NCBI GenBank assembly: GCA_964480565.1
Contig: CAYZSU010000041.1
Span: 1-19,977 of the forward strand
Source: an uncultured Myxococcales bacterium
GTDB taxonomy: Bacteria; UBA10199; 2-02-FULL-44-16; JAAZCA01
Reading direction: 5' to 3'
Length of the DNA stretch: 19,977 bases
The position numbers and the translations under genes are program-made. Shown here in pieces: positions 8,744 through 16,689 of the stretch. The notes beneath the pieces were generated by a model. It did not search any database. It was not told where the DNA came from and was given only the letters and a program-made list of their open reading frames with translations. Positions within the stretch are counted from its first letter, which is position 1, and each line of letters opens with the position of its first letter.

Positions 8744-9085
8744 CTAATTTAACAGTGGCAATTGATCATGGATGAATTGTGCAATATTGCGATGGGATGT
8801 GGAAAATAAATTTGAATATTCATAACCAACAATATATTGATGATCACATTGTGTGAGATACTTGATATGTCCGTTGATTATAATGTCTGTTTGGGTGCTA
8901 TCCAGGTCAAAAATGATTTCAATAGGGTGATTCTTGGAAATGCATGCATGATCTGTGAGAATGCGCATACCTCCCTTGCTGATATTGGATAGACAGGCAG
9001 GGAAAAGTTGGCCCTGATGTCGAAGCATCACAGGAATGGATGTATGTAATCGTGGAAAACGTCGTTTTTCAATCATATGTGTCAT
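8744..9085 (-). CDS. Stand-alone PilZ-domain (c-di-GMP-binding) protein, 113 aa.
   Basis: The RxxxR motif 'RRFPR' near the N-terminus and 'NISKGG' ((D/N)xSxxG) about 20 residues later are the two halves of the PilZ c-di-GMP binding signature. Its stop abuts the queD stop (convergent, 0-nt spacer). Confidence 0.55.
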   Translation of the reverse strand: MTHMIEKRRFPRLHTSIPVMLRHQGQLFPACLSNISKGGMRILTDHACISKNHPIEIIFDLDSTQTDIIINGHIKYLTQCDHQYIVGYEYSNLFSTSHRNIAQFIHDQLPLLN

Positions 9086-9212
9086 AATAATTGTGATCCA
9101 GTATAATGAATAATTAATACCTTGTCCAAATGAATTTTTTTACTTATCGTCAATTTTCATAAAAAGTTGCGTAAAAAAATATATTTTACTAAAAAAATTA
9201 GGAATATACGTC

Positions 9213-10259
9213 ATGAACAATAAAAAAATAAAGTATCGATGCGCTGTAATCGGTGCTGGGGCATGGGGAAGCGCTCTTGCGATCATGTTATCTAGAAAAT
9301 ATGACGATATTACAATGTGGGCATATGAACCAGAGATCGTGGTACAAATCAATGATACCCGGATCAATGATAATTTTTTGCCAGATATTGCAATACCGGA
9401 TACTATTCGATTAACCTCCAACCTTGATGATGCAGTTCGAGATAAGGATTTGATATTATCCGTAATTCCATCTCAATTTTTGCGTCAAACGTGGATGAGT
9501 GCAAGTAACGCGCTATCGCCGGATAGCATACTCATTAGCTGTACCAAAGGCATTGAGGTGAGTTCACTAAAACGCATTAGCCAGGTATTGGATGAGTGTA
9601 TGCCTGAGCATCCAAAAGATCGTCGAGTAATTCTATCTGGGCCCAGTTTTGCCAAGGAAGTGGCATGTAATCAGCCCACATCAGTGGTTATTGCCGGTGA
9701 AAATCAAAAAATTACTTCATATGTGCAGTCCATGCTTCGTCAGAATACATTTCTAACGTTTACAAGTAACGATAGTGCAGGCGTGGAAATTGGCGGGGCC
9801 ATTAAAAATGTGATTGCGATTGCCACAGGTATTTCCGAAGGTTTGGGGCTGGGAAATAATGCACGAGCAGCGATTATTACGCGTGGGTTGTATGAAATGA
9901 TTAAAATTGGCCAGGTCTATGGTGCAAATCCATTAACATTTTCTGGATTAACTGGCATTGGGGATTTGACACTTACATGTACGAGCGATTTATCCAGAAA
10001 TCATCGCTTAGGCGTGGCCATTGGCCAAGGGCAGTGCTTGAATGATATATGTAATACAGTCAATAGCGTGGCCGAGGGGATAAAAACCGCAGAAGCAGTG
10101 CAGCGTATTAGCCATGCACATGGATTGAAAACACCGATATGCACGACAGTGCATGATATTTTATTTAAGGAGTTAAATCCCAATGACGCGGTTACACAAT
10201 TGTGTGCGATAGAGCTGCATCAGGAAATGCAGTTGAATAGGCCGTTGCAGGGAAATTGA
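9213..10259 (+). CDS. gpsA: NAD(P)H-dependent glycerol-3-phosphate dehydrogenase.
   Basis: N-terminal 'CAVIGAGAWGSALAIML' dinucleotide-binding motif. 'GPSFAKEV', 'GGAIKNVIAIA', 'NHRLG' and 'SVAEG' are typical GpsA blocks. 348 aa. Confidence 0.93.
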   Translation: MNNKKIKYRCAVIGAGAWGSALAIMLSRKYDDITMWAYEPEIVVQINDTRINDNFLPDIAIPDTIRLTSNLDDAVRDKDLILSVIPSQFLRQTWMSASNALSPDSILISCTKGIEVSSLKRISQVLDECMPEHPKDRRVILSGPSFAKEVACNQPTSVVIAGENQKITSYVQSMLRQNTFLTFTSNDSAGVEIGGAIKNVIAIATGISEGLGLGNNARAAIITRGLYEMIKIGQVYGANPLTFSGLTGIGDLTLTCTSDLSRNHRLGVAIGQGQCLNDICNTVNSVAEGIKTAEAVQRISHAHGLKTPICTTVHDILFKELNPNDAVTQLCAIELHQEMQLNRPLQGN

Positions 10260-10331
10260 AACAACCCTGTTTTGTGGACATTTTCATGACAACAACTTGA
10301 CGTAATTCAATAAGTTATTTACATCATATTT

Positions 10332-10559
10332 ATGACGTCATTAGTGGATTTAGATTTTTCAGTTGAAGAGGATGACCTTATCCAAGAAATGCTCGATGCC
10401 AAGGGCAAGCAAGTGGAAGTCATTGCATTTGGTGTATTTTATGCGGGCATATTGAGTTATGTGGATGCAGAAAATGGAACGATTGAAATTGCAGATGGGG
10501 ATGATCGTGCGGTCATGGAAGTTGAACGCGTAACGTCATTTTCAATATTAATACCATGA
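10332..10559 (+). CDS. Hypothetical small acidic protein (75 aa).
   Basis: ORF with ATG. Its stop overlaps the next start (ATGA). No recognisable family. Confidence 0.4.
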   Translation: MTSLVDLDFSVEEDDLIQEMLDAKGKQVEVIAFGVFYAGILSYVDAENGTIEIADGDDRAVMEVERVTSFSILIP

Positions 10560-10927
10560 AAAAACAACTAATCATTTATCTATGCAGTATTTTATTGTTT
10601 GCAATGCCAGTCTTTGCGCAGCAATCCGCACATCAAAAAAAGTTTAAACTGCTGATTTCCCAATCACGCAATTATGAGCAGATCAATACATTGATTGAGA
10701 CATTGCTGGAAGATCCAAGCATACAAGAGATTGTGCCCATTAATATCAAACAACGACACTTAATGTATTATGGTTATTACGTGGCATCTTCTCATGATGT
10801 GAGCCAAATAATTCGTGGCATATCACAGGATCAATTTGATATGCACGAAGAAATTCTTTCCAATGGAATGCCCTATTTTACATTGATTAGTAAACCGCTA
10901 TCCTCTCAACGTATGCCTAAGAAATAG
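10556..10927 (+). CDS. Hypothetical secreted/periplasmic protein (123 aa) with an N-terminal signal peptide.
   Basis: 'MKKQLIIYLCSILLFAMPVFAQQ' has the classic n/h/c-region with an AxA-like cleavage site. Overlaps the upstream ORF by 4 nt. Confidence 0.5.
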   Translation: MKKQLIIYLCSILLFAMPVFAQQSAHQKKFKLLISQSRNYEQINTLIETLLEDPSIQEIVPINIKQRHLMYYGYYVASSHDVSQIIRGISQDQFDMHEEILSNGMPYFTLISKPLSSQRMPKK

Positions 10928-10928
10928 A

Positions 10929-10948
10929 GGGTTGCCCGTAGGAACACC
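10929..10948. repeat. GC-rich 20-bp motif GGGTTGCCCGTAGGAACACC. This is the left arm of an imperfect inverted repeat pair that brackets the AAA ATPase gene. A related copy, CACCCGTGGG, lies at 10974-10983.
   Basis: Read directly. Its reverse-complement partner (GGGGTTGCTCCTGTGGGAACACCC) lies at 12446-12469, with about 20 of 22 positions matching and one 1-nt indel. Confidence 0.6.
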
Positions 10949-11009
10949 TATCGTCGGTATTTCTTGAGCATAGCACCCGTGGGTTCTCACGTACTCGCAT
11001 TGTACGCTC

Positions 11010-11033
11010 AGGCCCGCGGATTTGCGGGAGCCT
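11010..11033. repeat. GC-rich stem-loop AGGCCCGC-ggattt-GCGGG(A)GCCT: an 8-9 bp stem with one bulge. Not followed by a T-tract on either strand.
   Basis: Complementarity read directly. It is embedded in an otherwise AT-rich intergenic region. Confidence 0.55.
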
Positions 11034-11148
11034 TGAATCTTTCGCATTTTTGAACAACCCCACAAATTGTCTATTTTTCAACAGTCCCGGAGTGCACTTG
11101 GCAGCTTTTCAGGTTGTACAATCCCAATGTAGCTGCTATATTGGGATT

Positions 11149-12315
11149 ATGATACCAAGAAAAATTAATGTTCCAGAAGATCATAGTTTTTTCCTATTCG
11201 GACCTAGAGGATCTGGCAAATCGACTTTATTGCGCAATCACTTTTCAGATCGATTGCAAACTATTTGGATTGATTTACTCGACCCTGAAGAAGAAGCCCT
11301 ATTTCAAACAAATCCACATGAATTAATTCGCCGAACAGATCATCTTTCACCAAATAGTTGGATTATCATTGATGAAGTTCAGCGTGTACCTAATTTACTC
11401 AATCTGGTCCATAAGCTCATTGAGGAAAAACGCCTATTATTTGCGCTATCTGGATCATCCGCAAGGAAATTGATGCGTGGACATGCTAATTTGCTGGCTG
11501 GACGCGCATTTATGTGTTTTTTATACCCGTTTTCATTTCAAGAATTACAACCAAATTTCAATTTGGAACATACATTATCATGGGGACTGTTGCCAAGTAT
11601 TCATACATTCAATGATGATAGTAGTAAAAAGCGTTATCTGCGAGCTTATGCGAATACGTATTTAAAAGAAGAAATTCAAGCTGAGCAAATCGTTCGAAAT
11701 TTACCTGTTTTTAGAAAATTCTTAGAGATAGCAGCTCAAATGAATGGAAAACCGATTAATTATTCAAAAATTGCGCGTGATATTCACACAGATCATTCTG
11801 TTGTTCGAAATTATTTTTCCATTCTTGAGGATACGCTAATTGGTTTTCATTTACCCGCCTATGATATCTCTATTCGCAAACAAATACGAAAAGCTCCTAA
11901 ATTTTACTTTATGGATACTGGCATTAAATGCAGCCTAGAAAAAACATTGGATATCCCTATGATACCTAAAACATATAGCTATGGTCGTGCATTTGAGCAT
12001 TTTTTTATTCTTGAATTATTCAAACAATGCCAATATCGCGAAAAAGATGAATCTCTGTATTATTTACAAACAAAAGATGATACCGAAATTGACCTTATCA
12101 TTGAGCGACCAGGCAAATGCACATTATGTATTGAGATTAAATCATCAGATCACATTGATTCTGTTGATATAAGATCATTTAAAAAAATAACCGCTGATTT
12201 TAACAATTCCAAGTCATTCATTATATCCAGAGATCTTCATACAAAAACATTTTCCCATATTACGGCTTATCACTGGAGTGATTTTTTAGATTTATTTCAG
12301 AAAGAGGCTATTTGA
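11149..12315 (+). CDS. COG1373-type AAA+ ATPase (AAA_14 + DUF4143 architecture) with a C-terminal PD-(D/E)xK-like motif (D348…E362-I-K364, nt 12091-12141).
   Basis: Walker A 'GPRGSGKST', Walker B 'IIIDEVQRV'. C-terminal 'EIDLIIERPGKCTLCIEIK' has D-x13-ExK spacing typical of restriction-endonuclease-like folds. The start is uncertain: ATG at 11149 is used here; a TTG at 11098 with a GGAG 6 nt upstream is possible; the TTG at 11050 lacks an SD. Confidence 0.8.
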   Translation: MIPRKINVPEDHSFFLFGPRGSGKSTLLRNHFSDRLQTIWIDLLDPEEEALFQTNPHELIRRTDHLSPNSWIIIDEVQRVPNLLNLVHKLIEEKRLLFALSGSSARKLMRGHANLLAGRAFMCFLYPFSFQELQPNFNLEHTLSWGLLPSIHTFNDDSSKKRYLRAYANTYLKEEIQAEQIVRNLPVFRKFLEIAAQMNGKPINYSKIARDIHTDHSVVRNYFSILEDTLIGFHLPAYDISIRKQIRKAPKFYFMDTGIKCSLEKTLDIPMIPKTYSYGRAFEHFFILELFKQCQYREKDESLYYLQTKDDTEIDLIIERPGKCTLCIEIKSSDHIDSVDIRSFKKITADFNNSKSFIISRDLHTKTFSHITAYHWSDFLDLFQKEAI

Positions 12316-12445
12316 TTGGGGTTAATGGGTTTGCCCGTGGTTATCTACTAATAGGGTTGTTACAGCGTTCTCGCAGCAAATTCAATGAAGGCGCAAGCAT
12401 ACGAGTATGTAACTGAATTGAATTTGGCTTTCCAACGCCGAAGAT

Positions 12446-12469
12446 GGGTGTTCCCACAGGAGCAACCCC
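12446..12469. repeat. Right arm (inverted orientation) of the GC-rich repeat pair, GGGTGTTCCCACAGGAGCAACCCC. An additional direct partial copy, GGGTTTGCCCGTGG, lies at 12327-12340.
   Basis: Its reverse complement aligns to 10929-10948. Confidence 0.6.
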
Positions 12470-12554
12470 TACAAATAAAAATTAGTTTAATACATGCTAT
12501 TGTTGTTAACTGAAATATTTGATATACAAGCTATTCAATAATAAGAGGATGTGT

Positions 12555-14210
12555 ATGGTGAAAAAAATAGATATAATTTTAAATTCAAAAAAAATAACAG
12601 TGGATGAAGGTACATGTGTTTACCAGGTACTTGAGAAATCATCGTATAATAGTGCATTAGCGCCTTTGGGTATTGTGATAAATAATCGTATAGATGGATT
12701 GTATTATAAAATAAAAAACGAGGCAAATATAGAGACAGTCGATATTTCCAGACGAGAAGGTATGGATATATATCGACGCAGTGCCTCGACAATTTTATAT
12801 GCAGCCATGAAGGATATTGCACCCAATGCAGATGTTGTTGTGGGGCAATCCATTGCCACAGGGTATTTCTTTGAAATAAATGGCATTCATTGCGATGCAA
12901 GCCTTGTGCAGGCATTGGAAACGCGCATGCATGAAATAGTGGATGCAAATAGCATGCTTGTACCGGAGTGGCGAGGGGTGGAAGATGCCATTGCATTATT
13001 TGATCACGAAAATGCAAAAGATAAAATAAAGTTACTCAAACAATTACGCCGATCAGAAGTGCCCATTATTTCATTGGGCAATTATCACGCCTATGCCTTT
13101 GGGCCGCTGGTCTATCGCACCGGGTTGATCGATCAATTTAATGTGTTCTTGTATGAACATGGCATAGTGCTTAATTTTCCAAATGAGCATGGGCATTTAA
13201 CGCCATCAATTCCAACGCAGTCCAAATTATTTGCAAGCTATGTGGAATGTAAACGCTGGAATGAATTGATGAATGTCAAAACAGTTCCTGATCTAAATGA
13301 ACGCTGTATGGGGCGTACCGCTGGGGATTTGGTATCCATTTCAGAAGCGCTTCATGAAAAAAAGATCGGTGCAATTGCAGATACGATTAGCAATAGAAGC
13401 GATACGCGCTTGGTTTTAATTGCTGGTCCGTCATCGTCGGGTAAAACAACATTTTCAAAACGATTGACCACGCATTTAAAAATTTTGGGATATGAACCCA
13501 TTGCGATTTCAATGGATAATTATTATCTGAATCGTGAGGATACACCTAGGCACGCGGATGGTTCCTATAATTTTGAGTGCGTGGAAGCCTTAGACATTGC
13601 ATTGTTTGATGACCATATGAAGCGATTGATGCGTGGGGAAAAAATAATGATGCCGCATTATTGTTTTCAAGCAGGGAAACGCGATATCTCCAAAACCACG
13701 CCTATGCAATTAAAGGAAAATCAAATTATCATTGCGGAAGGTATTCACGGATTAAACGACCTATTAACACCCAATGTGGCGGAGAACCAAAAATATAAAA
13801 TTTTTGTATCAGCACTCACACAATTATGCTTGGATAATCATAATCGTATTTTTACAACAGATGCAAGATTGTGTCGACGCATTGTGAGAGATCGATTGTT
13901 TCGAGGAACTACCGCAGAGCAAACAATTGCTGGTTGGGGAAGTGTGCGTGCGGGTGAGATGGAATATATATTTCCGTATCAAGAAAAAGCAGATGTGATA
14001 TTTAATTCCGCATTAGCCTATGAGCATTCTTTGTTAAAGCCATATGCAGAGCGGTATTTAGCGGAAGTTCCAAGGGATCACCCGTCATTTGTCGAAGCAT
14101 CGCGATTGGCGCGTTTCTTTTCTTTCTTTATTCCCATTCTTGTTGTAGAAGTCCCTCGCACTTCCATATTAAGGGAATTTGTGGGAGGCAGTGCATTTAA
14201 ATATTCATAA
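12555..14210 (+). CDS. Fusion protein: an N-terminal TGS/ThrRS-N-like domain plus a C-terminal uridine kinase / phosphoribulokinase-family (PRK) nucleoside kinase domain.
   Basis: P-loop 'LIAGPSSSGKTTFSKRL'. Udk-like blocks 'ISMDNYY', 'NFECVEALD', 'IIIAEGIHG' and 'RRIVRDRLFRG'. N-terminal 'KIDIILNSKKITVDEGTCVYQV' is TGS-like. ATG 12555 has AAGAGGA 5 nt upstream; the ORF's upstream extension from 12519 is unlikely. Confidence 0.8.
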   Translation: MVKKIDIILNSKKITVDEGTCVYQVLEKSSYNSALAPLGIVINNRIDGLYYKIKNEANIETVDISRREGMDIYRRSASTILYAAMKDIAPNADVVVGQSIATGYFFEINGIHCDASLVQALETRMHEIVDANSMLVPEWRGVEDAIALFDHENAKDKIKLLKQLRRSEVPIISLGNYHAYAFGPLVYRTGLIDQFNVFLYEHGIVLNFPNEHGHLTPSIPTQSKLFASYVECKRWNELMNVKTVPDLNERCMGRTAGDLVSISEALHEKKIGAIADTISNRSDTRLVLIAGPSSSGKTTFSKRLTTHLKILGYEPIAISMDNYYLNREDTPRHADGSYNFECVEALDIALFDDHMKRLMRGEKIMMPHYCFQAGKRDISKTTPMQLKENQIIIAEGIHGLNDLLTPNVAENQKYKIFVSALTQLCLDNHNRIFTTDARLCRRIVRDRLFRGTTAEQTIAGWGSVRAGEMEYIFPYQEKADVIFNSALAYEHSLLKPYAERYLAEVPRDHPSFVEASRLARFFSFFIPILVVEVPRTSILREFVGGSAFKYS

Positions 14211-14234
14211 ATAATATATTAAAAAGGAGAATGT

Positions 14235-15053
14235 ATGGCAGAGGCAAAGGCATTTAACCCAACACCAAAGCAATTGGGTATGGGCGCTATTGGATTAATC
14301 ATTATATATATTTTGGTTAAATCAATTATTGTAATTCCAGCAGGTCATGTGGGTGTAAAGGTTTTATTTGGAAACGTGCAGGAACTGACATTAGATGAGG
14401 GGCTTCACTTGGTAAACCCGCTCATGGATGTTGAAAAAATGAGCATTCGTACACAGCAGATTTCAGAAACAGCGACTGTACCATCCCAGGAAGGACTTAA
14501 TGTAAAACTGGATGTGTCTGTTTTATTTTCTTTGGATCCGCGTGCTGCTGCCACTGTATATCAAAGAGTAGGTCCCAGGTATGCAGGCGTGGTTGTTGTG
14601 CCGCAACTGCGATCTGTAGTGCGTGGAGTGACCGCAGGGTATGATGCCAAAGCATTGTACACATCAAAGCGAGAAGCAATTTCAGTTCAAATGGATGGCG
14701 CATTACGCCCGGAATTTAAAAAACGTGGCATTACGCTTGAAAAAGTCATGTTGCGATCCGTCACATTGCCATCTATTTTATCCACAGCTATTGAGAAGAA
14801 ATTAGAAGCCGAACAACAAGCCCAACAAATGAAATTTGTGTTAGAACGTGAGAAACGTCAGGCAGATCGTAAACGCATTGAAGCCAAAGGTATTAGCGAT
14901 TATAATAGAGAAGTGTCTAAAGGCTTAACAAATGAAGTATTACGTTTGCGTGGTATTGAAGCCACACGTGAATTGGCAAGTAGCAATAACTCAAAAGTGG
15001 TTGTGATTGGTGATAGTGATGGAATGCCGCTTATTTTAGGTAATACAAAATAA
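14235..15053 (+). CDS. SPFH / band-7 (prohibitin/stomatin-like) membrane-anchored protein.
   Basis: N-terminal TM 'IGLIIIYILVKSIIVI', followed by an SPFH core ('IPAGHVGVKVLFG…' ) and a coiled-coil E/Q/K/R-rich C-terminus typical of the family. SD AAGGAG 7 nt upstream. Confidence 0.85.
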   Translation: MAEAKAFNPTPKQLGMGAIGLIIIYILVKSIIVIPAGHVGVKVLFGNVQELTLDEGLHLVNPLMDVEKMSIRTQQISETATVPSQEGLNVKLDVSVLFSLDPRAAATVYQRVGPRYAGVVVVPQLRSVVRGVTAGYDAKALYTSKREAISVQMDGALRPEFKKRGITLEKVMLRSVTLPSILSTAIEKKLEAEQQAQQMKFVLEREKRQADRKRIEAKGISDYNREVSKGLTNEVLRLRGIEATRELASSNNSKVVVIGDSDGMPLILGNTK

Positions 15054-15082
15054 GATAATTATTTTATTTAGCTATTTATAAA

Positions 15083-15118
15083 ATGGGTGAGCAATATTAT
15101 TGCTTGCCCATTTTTTTT
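15083..15118 (+). terminator. Rho-independent terminator: a 12-bp stem (ATGGGTGAGCAA / TTGCTTGCCCAT, 2 G·U pairs), a 5-nt loop, then T8.
   Basis: Hairpin plus U-tract read directly, 30 nt after the SPFH stop. Confidence 0.8.
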
Positions 15119-15158
15119 GAATAAATTTAAAAATTATCCATAAATGAAAGGTTGTCTG

Positions 15159-16214
15159 ATGACACAATCAATTAAAATAGCGATGTTTGATACAAAGCCA
15201 TATGACTCTGACTATTTTGATCGAGTGAATCACGATTACAAGTATGAAATACTTAGTTTTGCAAATCGATTGACTGAACATACTGCACGACTTGCAGAAG
15301 AGTGCCAGGTGGTATGTGCATTTGTTAACGATGTTGTCGATGCCACTGTGATTGATCAGTTGGAAAAACAAGGTGTGCAGCTAATTGCATTGCGATGCGC
15401 GGGCTATAATAATGTGGATTTAAAGACAGTGCATGAACGCATTCATGTGATGCGTGTGCCAGATTATTCACCCTATGCCGTTGCTGAGCATGCGGTATCA
15501 TTGATGCTGGCCTTAAATAGAAAAACCCATCGCGCCTATCAACGTGTGCGTGAAAATAATTTTTCCATTACTGGTTTAATGGGATTTGATATGCATGGAA
15601 AGACTGCGGGTATTATTGGAACAGGTCGTATAGGTCGGCAGGTCATTCGGATTCTAAATGGATTTGGCATGAACGTATTGGCATATGATGCCTATCCAAA
15701 TAAGGATGCTGCGAGTAATGATGGGTTTGAATATGTGTCATTATCGGATATTTATGCACAATCCGATATATTATCGCTGCATTGTCCGCTGACAAAAGAG
15801 ACTGATCATTTGATTAATGCCCAAACATTATCGCAGATGAAATCAAAGAGCATGATTATAAATACGGGTCGGGGGCGTTTGATTGACTCATCCGCATTAA
15901 TTCATGCATTAAAAAATGGACATATTGGATCTGCAGGGTTGGATGTCTATGAGGAAGAACATGATTATTTCTTTGAGGATTTTTCAAATTCATTTGTGAC
16001 AGATGATACATTGGCGCGTCTCATGACATTTCCGAATGTGATTATTACATCGCATCAAGCATTTTTTACGCATGAAGCACTTCAAAAAATTGCACAGACC
16101 ACATTGCAAAATATTAGCGATTTTTTTAGCAATCAACCGCTTCAAAATGAAGTATGCTATAAAGCATGCGAGCTAAAGTGCTGTAATAAACCCCAGCAGA
16201 ACCGATGTTGGTAG
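15159..16214 (+). CDS. ldhA: Fermentative D-lactate dehydrogenase (D-isomer-specific 2-hydroxyacid dehydrogenase), carrying an extra C-terminal tail of about 19 aa with 5 Cys.
   Basis: NAD-binding 'GIIGTGRIGRQV', catalytic-region blocks 'NTGRGRLID' and 'DVYEEE', overall LdhA-like. The tail 'CYKACELKCCNKPQQNRCW' follows the usual C-terminal '…NEV'. ATG 15159 has a GAAAGG SD; the upstream ATG 15144 is less likely. Confidence 0.9.
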   Translation: MTQSIKIAMFDTKPYDSDYFDRVNHDYKYEILSFANRLTEHTARLAEECQVVCAFVNDVVDATVIDQLEKQGVQLIALRCAGYNNVDLKTVHERIHVMRVPDYSPYAVAEHAVSLMLALNRKTHRAYQRVRENNFSITGLMGFDMHGKTAGIIGTGRIGRQVIRILNGFGMNVLAYDAYPNKDAASNDGFEYVSLSDIYAQSDILSLHCPLTKETDHLINAQTLSQMKSKSMIINTGRGRLIDSSALIHALKNGHIGSAGLDVYEEEHDYFFEDFSNSFVTDDTLARLMTFPNVIITSHQAFFTHEALQKIAQTTLQNISDFFSNQPLQNEVCYKACELKCCNKPQQNRCW

Positions 16215-16272
16215 TTTGATATTGAATGGAAAAAAATCTTTTGATAGTTTAAATTAGTGCAATGGAGATAAT

Positions 16273-16689
16273 ATGGAAAAAAATCTTAGATGGGTGCAAC
16301 GACTATCAAATTATACTAAAGCCATTCATCAATTATCGAAATTTATTAATAAAGAAGCCCTCAATGAGTTAGAGGAGCAAGGGCTTATACAGGCATTTGA
16401 GTATACGTACGAATTGGCCTGGAATACCATTAAGGATTTTTATGAAAATCAAGGGGAGAGCCAAATTCAAGGGTCGCGGGATGCCATTCGATTGGCATTT
16501 CAACGTGGATTAATTGTACAGGGTGATATTTGGATGAATATGATTAAAAGCCGAATATTAACATCGCATACATATAATGAAGATATCACACGAGATATTG
16601 TGCATGCGATTCATCGTGATTATTACCAAGAATTAGTATCGCTTCATATGGCATTGACCCATATTCATGAAACAAATAAGGATGGCTAA
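16273..16689 (+). CDS. HEPN-domain protein of the HI0074 / nucleotidyltransferase-substrate-binding family (HepT-like toxin component).
   Basis: R-x4-H-x-Y motif 'RILTSHTY' near the C-terminus. About 138 aa. Directly upstream of, and coupled to, a minimal nucleotidyltransferase gene. Confidence 0.8.
   Translation: MEKNLRWVQRLSNYTKAIHQLSKFINKEALNELEEQGLIQAFEYTYELAWNTIKDFYENQGESQIQGSRDAIRLAFQRGLIVQGDIWMNMIKSRILTSHTYNEDITRDIVHAIHRDYYQELVSLHMALTHIHETNKDG

Noticed and set aside
10260-10345. TGACGTAA … TGACGTCA (CRE-like) elements after gpsA
   Set aside because: The second copy lies within the start codon context of the next ORF (ATGACGTCA = M-T-S). Two 8-mers in AT-rich DNA are within chance. 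No known bacterial regulator is implicated.
10968-11000. Possible tRNA fragment or att site (GC-rich 'acccgtgggttctcacgtactcg')
   Set aside because: No cloverleaf can be drawn and no T-psi-C consensus (GGTTCGAATCC-like) is present. Treated as part of the GC-rich repeat family instead.
12519-12554. Longer start for the TGS-uridine-kinase gene
   Set aside because: No SD. The ATG at 12555 has AAGAGGA at optimal spacing, and the TGS domain begins right there.
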